64,000 bases of DNA from Marinilabiliales bacterium (GTDB taxonomy: Bacteria > Bacteroidota > Bacteroidia > Bacteroidales > PUMT01). Made by a program: the position numbers and the translations under genes. The stretch lies in contig REEN01000063.1 of assembly GCA_007695015.1 (NCBI GenBank), positions 37,302 to 101,301 of the forward strand, written 5' to 3'. Below are positions 1 to 7,254 of this stretch, in pieces. The notes below the pieces were generated by a model. It ran no database searches, had not been told where the DNA came from, and worked only from the letters and a program-made list of their open reading frames with translations. Numbering within the stretch: the first letter of the stretch is position 1; each line of letters starts with the position of its first letter.

Positions 1-2
1 TT

Positions 3-68
3 TATGTGATTCAGGATCTGCTCAGGGAAGAATTACTTGAACTGGAAGAAGCTTCAGAATATGATTAA
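3..68 (+). CDS. 3' end of an upstream gene cut by the window edge (mreC-like by position only)
   Basis: Frame 3 is open from the window edge and reads YVIQDLLREELLELEEASEYD*. Its stop (66-68) overlaps the ATG at 61 of the next ORF (ATGATTAA). Its position ahead of mreD-mrdA-rodA suggests mreC, but only 21 codons are visible. Confidence 0.3.
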   Translation, partial: YVIQDLLREELLELEEASEYD

Positions 69-567
69 GGTAATCCTGCGTAACATATTGCGTATCATAG
101 TCCTTGTATTGTTCCAGGTATTTATTCTGAACAATATCCAGATCAGCGGATTTGTGAATCCCTATTTCTATGTGCTTTTTATAATCCTTCTGCCTTTTGA
201 AACACCGGGGTGGCTGCTCCTCAGCCTTGCATTTGTGCTGGGATTATCGATTGACCTATTCTCGAATACGCCCGGAATGCATGCCTCTGCTACGGTATTC
301 ATGGCATTTGTCAGGCCTTCGGCTCTGGGATATTTTGCACCCCGTGACGGATATGTCACGGGCACATTTCCAAGAATATATTACTACGGTTTTTCGTGGT
401 TCTTTCAATATGCAGCAATACTCATACTTTCTCACCATTTTTTTCTGTTCTATATTGAGGTCTTCAGATTGAGCGATTTTTTTCACACTTTTACACGGGT
501 AATCCTAAGCAGTGCATTTACACTGTTCCTTGTGGTGATTAGCCAGTATTTTATCTACCGCCGGTAA
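61..567 (+). CDS. mreD: rod shape-determining protein MreD
   Basis: The ORF track gives 37..567 (TTG at 37); the first ATG is at 61. It is a very hydrophobic multi-helix membrane protein of about 170 aa directly upstream of PBP2 and RodA, the standard mreBCD-mrdAB layout. Confidence 0.7.
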   Translation: MIKVILRNILRIIVLVLFQVFILNNIQISGFVNPYFYVLFIILLPFETPGWLLLSLAFVLGLSIDLFSNTPGMHASATVFMAFVRPSALGYFAPRDGYVTGTFPRIYYYGFSWFFQYAAILILSHHFFLFYIEVFRLSDFFHTFTRVILSSAFTLFLVVISQYFIYRR

Positions 568-620
568 CCTCCAGGCTGCCGGGGAAAACTGTTTATAACT
601 TTTATAATTCCTGATATACA

Positions 621-2477
621 ATGAAGGACCATTACTCTGACAGGAAATATATTATCGGCGCAATGATGGTGCTTCCGGTGCTTTTCTTTCTGGTAAGGCT
701 CTTCATATTACAGGTACTGGATCCCTCCTATAAGCTTAGTGCCAGTAGTAATGTACTCAGGAATGTGACCCAGTACCCTTCGCGGGGCCTTATATATGAC
801 CGGAACGGGGAACTGCTGGTATATAATGAGCCGGCATATGACCTTATGGTGGTCCCTGCCCAGCTTGCTCCGTTCGATACTGTTGAATTCTGCACCATAC
901 TTGAAATTTCGAAAGAGTATGTCGATAACGAAATTGCCAGAGCCCGCGAATACTCAAGGTTCCGGTCATCGGTTTTTCTGAAGCAGATATCGGCGCGCAC
1001 ATATGCCGTTCTTCAGGAGAAACTATATAAATATCCGGGGTTTTATGTGCAGCCCAGAACACTCCGGAAATACTCCAATGATATTGCCGCCCACGTACTC
1101 GGTTATGTAGGCGAAGTTGACAGAAGGATGATAGCAGAAAACCCGGGTTACGTAATGGGTGATTATATCGGTATCACAGGTGTTGAGAAAACATACGAAG
1201 AGGTACTCAGGGGGCAGAAAGGTGTTAATGTTTTCCTTGTTGATGTACACAACCGGGTAATGGGCTCATACCAGGAAGGCCGTTTTAATGTGCCGGCAGT
1301 AGTGGGCAATGATTTGACCCTTTCACTTGATGCCTCGCTCCAGGCTTATGGTGAAAAGCTGATGAGGAACAAAGTCGGAAGCGTGGTTGCAATTGAGCCT
1401 TCAACCGGTGAGATCCTTTCGCTGGTTTCAACACCCACCTACAACCCCGAACTTCTTGTTGGCAGGGTACGTACCGGTAACTTCAGGCAGCTTTCATCAG
1501 ATACGCTGAACCCACTGTTCAACAGGGCGCTGATGGCACACTACCCTGCGGGTTCAACATTCAAGGTAGTGAACGGTCTTGTGGCACTCCAGGAAGGGAT
1601 AATTGACGACGTGATCAGCCATACCTGCCCCGGACATTATTCAGTTGGCAGGCTGACGGTGCGCTGCCGGCACCATGTAAGTCCGGTAGCAATGGCCGCT
1701 GCAATACAGGTATCATGCAACACTTACTTCTGCCACATCTTCAGGGATCTGCTTGACCATCCGAAATACGGATCAGTCACTGCCGGATTCAATGTCTGGC
1801 ACAACCATTTAAGGTCATTCGGACTTGGAGAGAAGCTCGAGACAGACTTTCCTAACGAACTCAGGGGATTCGTGCCTCCGGCAACCTATTACGACAGGTT
1901 CTACGGTGAGAACAGGTGGCGCTCCCTGCAGGTGGTATCGCTTGCACTGGGGCAGGGTGAACTCTCTGTCACCCCCATACAGATGGCTAACATCAGTGCA
2001 ATCATAGCCAACCGTGGTTTCTACATAACCCCCCATATCCTGAAAGATGTCGCCGGGTCATACATCGACCCCATATATCGCGATAAGCTTTATACCACTA
2101 TTGATTCTGTGAATTTTGAGCCTGTGATTGAAGGCATGTACAGGGCGGTTAACGGTCCTGAAGGAGGTACGGCAAGGATTGCACAGGTTCCCGGTCTCGA
2201 TATCTGCGGGAAGACAGGAACCGCCGAAAACCCGCACGGGGATGACCACTCTGTTTTCATAGCATTCGCTCCAAGGGATAATCCGCAGATCGCCATAGCG
2301 GTCTACGTTGAGAATGCTGGCTTCGGAGCGGCTATGGCTGCGCCCATTGCAAGCCTGATGATAGAGAAATACCTTAATGGTGAGATTGCTGCCAACAGGA
2401 GATGGCTGGAGCAAAGAATGCTTGAGGCAGATTTTATTAACCGTTTAGTTGCCTCTACCGATGAGCAGGAGCAATAG
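621..2477 (+). CDS. mrdA: penicillin-binding protein 2 (elongasome transpeptidase)
   Basis: 618 aa with an N-terminal membrane anchor. Transpeptidase motifs are present: S-x-x-K (AGSTFKVV), S-x-N (QVSCNTYF) and K-T-G (CGKTGTAE). It is followed directly by rodA. Confidence 0.95.
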   Translation: MKDHYSDRKYIIGAMMVLPVLFFLVRLFILQVLDPSYKLSASSNVLRNVTQYPSRGLIYDRNGELLVYNEPAYDLMVVPAQLAPFDTVEFCTILEISKEYVDNEIARAREYSRFRSSVFLKQISARTYAVLQEKLYKYPGFYVQPRTLRKYSNDIAAHVLGYVGEVDRRMIAENPGYVMGDYIGITGVEKTYEEVLRGQKGVNVFLVDVHNRVMGSYQEGRFNVPAVVGNDLTLSLDASLQAYGEKLMRNKVGSVVAIEPSTGEILSLVSTPTYNPELLVGRVRTGNFRQLSSDTLNPLFNRALMAHYPAGSTFKVVNGLVALQEGIIDDVISHTCPGHYSVGRLTVRCRHHVSPVAMAAAIQVSCNTYFCHIFRDLLDHPKYGSVTAGFNVWHNHLRSFGLGEKLETDFPNELRGFVPPATYYDRFYGENRWRSLQVVSLALGQGELSVTPIQMANISAIIANRGFYITPHILKDVAGSYIDPIYRDKLYTTIDSVNFEPVIEGMYRAVNGPEGGTARIAQVPGLDICGKTGTAENPHGDDHSVFIAFAPRDNPQIAIAVYVENAGFGAAMAAPIASLMIEKYLNGEIAANRRWLEQRMLEADFINRLVASTDEQEQ

Positions 2478-3885
2478 CATATGGATCAACCTTGACTGGC
2501 TGACTGTCATTATCTTCATGGTAATGCTGCTTATCGGCTGGGTAAGCATATATTCCTCAGTATATGACGAAACACACAGCAGTATTTTCGACACCTCCCA
2601 GCGTTACGGCAAACAGCTTATCTGGATCATTGCGGCCCTGGTGATAGCCTTTGCAATAATGCTTACCGATATTAAGCTCTTCCTTTTCTTCTCATACTTC
2701 TTCTATGGTTTCACAATTCTGCTCCTCCTGGCTGTGCTGTTTTTCGGCACAGAGGTGAATGCATCAAAATCCTGGTTCCAGTTCGGGGGAATTCAAATAC
2801 AACCTGCAGAATTTGCCAAGATGGCCACAGCCCTGGCAATTGCGCAATATCTCAGCAACACCAAACAGAAGATACATGATGCAGAGGTGCTTTTCAAATC
2901 TTCCGCTATCATACTGCTCCCGGTAATGCTTATATTGCTGCAGCCGGATGTCGGTTCATCACTTGTCTTTTTCTCATTCCTCCTTGTGCTCTACAGGGAG
3001 GGATTGAACGGATGGGTATTGCTGTTCTTTTTCCTTCTGGGTGTGTTGTCAGTCCTGGCCCTGCTGATGACCGAAACCGCCATGCTCGGTATGTTATTAC
3101 TTACATCATTTGCCGTACTGGCTTTAATTGTCCGCAATTTTAAGTTAACGGCCAGGGGCCTGCTGATATTTGCACTGGTATCGGGAGCAGTAACAGGTAT
3201 ATACCGGCTTTTTAGCCCTGATACCCTGATCGACATCCAGCTTATAGTGGCTGCAGCATCGGGTACGCTTGTGTTGCTTATTATAACTCTTATAGGAAGG
3301 GTCAGTAATGCTCCTGTTGTGCTTGGTTTTCTGTTTACGGCCATTATATACACATATTCTGTTGATTATGTCTTTGATAATGTGCTTATGCCGCACCAGA
3401 AGAGCCGGATAAACATAGTTCTCGGCTTTGAGGATGATCCTATGGGCCAAAGTTATAACATAAACCAGTCAAAAATAGCCATTGGCAGCGGGGGACTCAC
3501 AGGAAAGGGATTCCTGCAGGGCACCCAGACAAAGTTCAACTTCGTGCCTGAGCAAAGTACTGATTTCATTTTCTGCACAATTGGCGAAGAATGGGGTTTC
3601 GTGGGTTCAGTGGTTTTGCTGGCGCTTTTTGTGATCTTCCTTCTCAGACTGCTGATAATTGCCGAGAGACAGCGATCATCGTTTGCACGTATCTATGGCT
3701 ACTCGGTCATTGCCATCTTTTTTACCCACCTGGTCATCAACATAGGAATGACTATCGGGGTGGTGCCTGTTATTGGTATTCCCCTGCCATTTATCAGCTA
3801 TGGAGGATCCTCAATGTGGGCATTCACGCTGATGCTCTTTATACTGCTTAAGTTTGATGCAGGAAGGATGGAGTACATGAAATAA
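2449..3885 (+). CDS. rodA: rod shape-determining protein RodA (SEDS family)
   Basis: Polytopic membrane protein with conserved SEDS C-terminal blocks EQSTDFIFCTIGEEWGF and GIPLPFISYGGSS. The start at 2449 overlaps the mrdA stop; the ATG at 2461 is equally possible. Confidence 0.95.
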   Translation: MPLPMSRSNSIWINLDWLTVIIFMVMLLIGWVSIYSSVYDETHSSIFDTSQRYGKQLIWIIAALVIAFAIMLTDIKLFLFFSYFFYGFTILLLLAVLFFGTEVNASKSWFQFGGIQIQPAEFAKMATALAIAQYLSNTKQKIHDAEVLFKSSAIILLPVMLILLQPDVGSSLVFFSFLLVLYREGLNGWVLLFFFLLGVLSVLALLMTETAMLGMLLLTSFAVLALIVRNFKLTARGLLIFALVSGAVTGIYRLFSPDTLIDIQLIVAAASGTLVLLIITLIGRVSNAPVVLGFLFTAIIYTYSVDYVFDNVLMPHQKSRINIVLGFEDDPMGQSYNINQSKIAIGSGGLTGKGFLQGTQTKFNFVPEQSTDFIFCTIGEEWGFVGSVVLLALFVIFLLRLLIIAERQRSSFARIYGYSVIAIFFTHLVINIGMTIGVVPVIGIPLPFISYGGSSMWAFTLMLFILLKFDAGRMEYMK

Positions 3886-3897
3886 TGGTCATCAGCA

Positions 3898-4512
3898 TCA
3901 CACATAGCCGGGGCTATGGAATTCATTGACCTCTATATCATGTTTCTCCTCTATATAGGCAACCAGCTGGGGAAAATATTCCAGGAAATCATCCCTGAAA
4001 AGATGATATTTTTTTCGCAGCTCAGCAATTGCAAAAGGGGTCTCGTTAGGCAATGAGGTCCGTTTGGTCATCCTCCTCAGCACACCCTCAATACCTTCAA
4101 TGCTGGTATAGGATTCCAGCCAGTTGTTAATTATAAAGAACGGCAAAAAAGTCTTTATCTCATTGGGAAGGATAAAATAGTTGCTTACCAGTATCTCGTA
4201 CATATTGACAACATACTGAGGAAGAGGGTGTTTAGAAAACATGTGCCACTCGCTCGCCAGGAAATGATCATAAAAAATATCGACGATAACTCCTGAATAT
4301 CGCCTGAACTTTTTCCTCAGGTGACTCTTGCTCCTGTTTACTACCGGATGGGCGTCTGTAAAGCTGTCAATCTTACGGTGCATCAGGATCCCCTTGCGGA
4401 CAAGATCGGGGTATTTCTCGTAATTCCGGCCTTTTACATAATCACCTATAAAATTCCCGATTTTGACTTCGTCAGAGCTGCCTGAAAGATATATGTGAGC
4501 CAGAAAATTCAA
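3898..4512 (-). CDS. acpH: acyl carrier protein phosphodiesterase
   Basis: It matches the E. coli AcpH pattern by eye (NFLAHIYLSG ... MHRKIDSFTD ... YDHFL). The conserved N-terminus coincides with a TTG at 4512-4510. The ATG at 4584 in the ORF track would add 24 non-conserved residues. Confidence 0.75.
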   Translation of the reverse strand: MNFLAHIYLSGSSDEVKIGNFIGDYVKGRNYEKYPDLVRKGILMHRKIDSFTDAHPVVNRSKSHLRKKFRRYSGVIVDIFYDHFLASEWHMFSKHPLPQYVVNMYEILVSNYFILPNEIKTFLPFFIINNWLESYTSIEGIEGVLRRMTKRTSLPNETPFAIAELRKKYHLFRDDFLEYFPQLVAYIEEKHDIEVNEFHSPGYV

Positions 4513-4644
4513 TTTGCCTGATTGATAAAGAGTTAAAAGTCGAACAATTCTCCCAATAAAGATAATGATAAATGAGTGAAACAATTAAACATGCGAATAT
4601 GTTTTTTTATATTTACAAATATTAATCATTTAAACCCGTCTTTT

Positions 4645-5976
4645 ATGCCAAAACAAAACGTAATCATAATCGGTGCCGCAGGAAGGGATTTCCATAACTT
4701 CAACACCTGGTACCGTAACAATGAGAATTATAACGTCGTGGCATTTACTGCTGCACAGATACCAGGAATTGAAAGCAGAAAATACCCGGCTGAGCTCGCA
4801 GGCGAAAATTACCCTGAAGGAATCCCGATCTATCCGCAGGATGAGCTGGCCCTGCTGATACCTGAACTTAATGCAGATATATGCACCTTTTCCTATTCTG
4901 ATATATCCTACCAGGAGGTCATGTCGGTGAGTGCCATTGTAAATGCAGCGGGAGCTGATTTCCTTCTGCTCGGCCCTGCACATACGCAGCTTAAAAGCAA
5001 AAGGCCGGTAATTGCAGTAGGTGCAGTCAGAACAGGTTGCGGAAAAAGCAAAACATCGGGAAGAATTGTCAGGATCCTTAATGACAGGGGCATTAAGGTA
5101 GTTGCCATAAGGCACCCGATGCCATATGGCGACCTTGAACTTCAAAAAGTACAGCGTTATGAGTCTATCGAAGACCTGGAAAAAAACAATTGCACCATTG
5201 AAGAAATGGAAGAATATGAGCATTATGTGACAGGAGGAAATGTTATATATTCAGGTGCCGATTATCAGGCCATTCTTGATGAGGCTGAAAAAGAGGCAGA
5301 CATAATATTGTGGGACGGAGGAAACAACGACTTTCCGTTTATCAGGCCAGACCTGATGATCACGGTCACCGATCCGCACAGGGCAGGTCACGAGCTCAGC
5401 TATTTCCCCGGGGAGGTAAATCTAAGAAAGGCCGACATTGTGGTGATAAACAAAATAGACAGTGCAAACCCCGATAATGTCCAACTGCTTCGGGAAAACA
5501 TCAGGAAGGTAAACCCCGGTGCGGTTGTTGTTGATGCCGCATATCCCATATTGGCAGCCGACCCTGAAGTGATAAGGGGGAAAAGGGTCCTGGTTATCGA
5601 AGACGGACCAACCACCACTCACGGCAACATGAAAGTGGGGCCGGGAATATTCGCTGCAAGAAAGTTCGGCGCCAGTCAACTCGTTGATCCCAGGCCCTAC
5701 CTTGTTGGCAGGCTGAAGGAGACCTTTGAGACATATCCTGATATAGGCACCCTGCTGCCGGCCATGGGTTACGGCAAGGAACAAATAAAGGACCTCGAGC
5801 AAACGATCAACAATACTGATTGCGATTCGGTGATAATAGCAACTCCCATTGACCTGGGAAGGATTGTCAGGATAAACAAACCGGCAACGAAGGTAAGTTA
5901 CGACCTGCAGGAAATAGGCAAACCCGACCTGGATGAACTGATAGGCAGCTTTCTTGAAAAAGAGGGGAGTATTTAA
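4645..5976 (+). CDS. P-loop NTPase, COG2403-type predicted GTPase / cyclic 2,3-diphosphoglycerate synthetase-like
   Basis: The plausible start is the ATG at 4645 (MPKQNVIIIGAAGRDFHNF). It has Walker A GAVRTGCGKSKTS and an NKxD-type motif (VINKID). The family name is recalled from memory and not verified. Confidence 0.6.
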   Translation: MPKQNVIIIGAAGRDFHNFNTWYRNNENYNVVAFTAAQIPGIESRKYPAELAGENYPEGIPIYPQDELALLIPELNADICTFSYSDISYQEVMSVSAIVNAAGADFLLLGPAHTQLKSKRPVIAVGAVRTGCGKSKTSGRIVRILNDRGIKVVAIRHPMPYGDLELQKVQRYESIEDLEKNNCTIEEMEEYEHYVTGGNVIYSGADYQAILDEAEKEADIILWDGGNNDFPFIRPDLMITVTDPHRAGHELSYFPGEVNLRKADIVVINKIDSANPDNVQLLRENIRKVNPGAVVVDAAYPILAADPEVIRGKRVLVIEDGPTTTHGNMKVGPGIFAARKFGASQLVDPRPYLVGRLKETFETYPDIGTLLPAMGYGKEQIKDLEQTINNTDCDSVIIATPIDLGRIVRINKPATKVSYDLQEIGKPDLDELIGSFLEKEGSI

Positions 5977-6958
5977 AAATAAGCACTATGGGGAAGTTGA
6001 ATACCTAAAATTGACGCTGTTGGAAAAAGGGCTTGTAATAAAAACGACCGGAAGCTGGCACACGGTGCTTGATGAAAACAAAAAGAAAGTGCCTTGCAGG
6101 ATAAAAGGGAGGCTGCGAACCAGCAGCATTCGCAGCACCAACCCGGTGGCTGTGGGCGACAACGTTGTTTTCTACCGGCTTGAAAGAGAGACCACCGGGG
6201 TCATAACCGAAATACTCGACAGGAAAAACTACATCATACGTAAGGCATCAAAGCTGTCGAAAGAGACCCACGTGCTCGCCGCCAACCTTGACCAGGCATT
6301 CCTGATGATCTCGCTTACAAGGCCCCGGACAACTCTCAGGTTTATTGACAGATTCCTTGCTACGAGCGAGGCCTATGAGATTCCCGCGGTAATAATTTTC
6401 AACAAAACCGATCTTTACGACGAAGAGCTGACAGCCGAAATGGAAGAGCTGGCAGATTTATACAGTAAGATTGGCTATGAATCGGTCAGGACATCGGCAG
6501 TTGAGAGGAAAGGGGTTGATGAGCTCATTTCAAAAATGAAAGGCCGGATGAGCCTGGTGGCAGGCAATTCGGGGGTGGGCAAATCATCTATCATAAATGC
6601 AATGGACCCTTCACTCAACCTTAAAACCCGGCCGGTTTCCGAATATCACAAAACGGGAAGGCATACCACAACATTTTCAGAAATGTTTGAACTGACAACG
6701 GGTGGGTACATCATAGATACCCCCGGAATAAAGGGTTTTGGCATAATAAAGATGGACAGGGACGAGATCTTTCACTTTTTTCCCGATATTTTTTCACTTT
6801 CAAAAAATTGCCGGTATTATAACTGCATGCATACAAACGAACCCGGTTGTGCGGTAAAGCAGGCGGCAGCCGGGGGCAGCCTGGCAATGAGCCGGTATGA
6901 AAGCTATTTAAGCCTGTACTACGAAGACACGGGGAAATACCGTACCTCAAGCTATTGA
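5954..6958 (+). CDS. rsgA: ribosome small-subunit-dependent GTPase A
   Basis: GTPase motifs occur in circularly permuted order: FNKTDL, GNSGVGKSSIIN, DTPG. A C-terminal zinc knuckle CRYYNCMHTNEPGCAV is present. The ATG at 5954 overlaps the upstream gene by 23 nt; an in-frame TTG at 6011 or 6020 would give the usual short N-terminus (xEKGLVIKTTGSW). Confidence 0.9.
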   Translation: MKKRGVFKNKHYGEVEYLKLTLLEKGLVIKTTGSWHTVLDENKKKVPCRIKGRLRTSSIRSTNPVAVGDNVVFYRLERETTGVITEILDRKNYIIRKASKLSKETHVLAANLDQAFLMISLTRPRTTLRFIDRFLATSEAYEIPAVIIFNKTDLYDEELTAEMEELADLYSKIGYESVRTSAVERKGVDELISKMKGRMSLVAGNSGVGKSSIINAMDPSLNLKTRPVSEYHKTGRHTTTFSEMFELTTGGYIIDTPGIKGFGIIKMDRDEIFHFFPDIFSLSKNCRYYNCMHTNEPGCAVKQAAAGGSLAMSRYESYLSLYYEDTGKYRTSSY

Positions 6959-7026
6959 ACAACACCGCGTTTCAATTACCCCGGGCAAGCATGCAGGGAC
7001 GATAGTGAAACCTTCGCAGGACAGTG

Positions 7027-7115
7027 CAGGACAGGCGCGGGACATTGCAGTGCTGGCTGTTGGAATTACATGGCGCACGCAGACCAGGACAGGCGCGGGA
7101 CATTGCAGTGCTGGC
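7027..7115. repeat. GC-rich 31-bp direct repeat (2 exact copies, 58-bp period) plus a degenerate third copy downstream
   Basis: CAGGACAGGCGCGGGACATTGCAGTGCTGGC occurs at 7027-7057 and identically at 7085-7115. Positions 7121-7170 (GCAAGGCGGGACAGAAGCAGGTCATTGCGGAGCAGGCTGG) look like a diverged copy with insertions. The repeat lies in the rsgA / hybrid-kinase intergenic region. Confidence 0.85.
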
Positions 7116-7254
7116 CGGAAGCAAGGCGGGACAGAAGCAGGTCATTGCGGAGCAGGCTGGATGCATATCGCCAAAATTATGCCGGTTGTGCTCCTGGTAA
7201 GCCCTTTTTTGTTTTCAGTTAATATTTTTTATCTTTCCCGGATATTACTGGAAT

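Noticed and set aside
4630-5223. 197-aa minus-strand ORF
   Set aside because: It is antisense to the P-loop protein gene, which carries clear Walker A and NKxD motifs.
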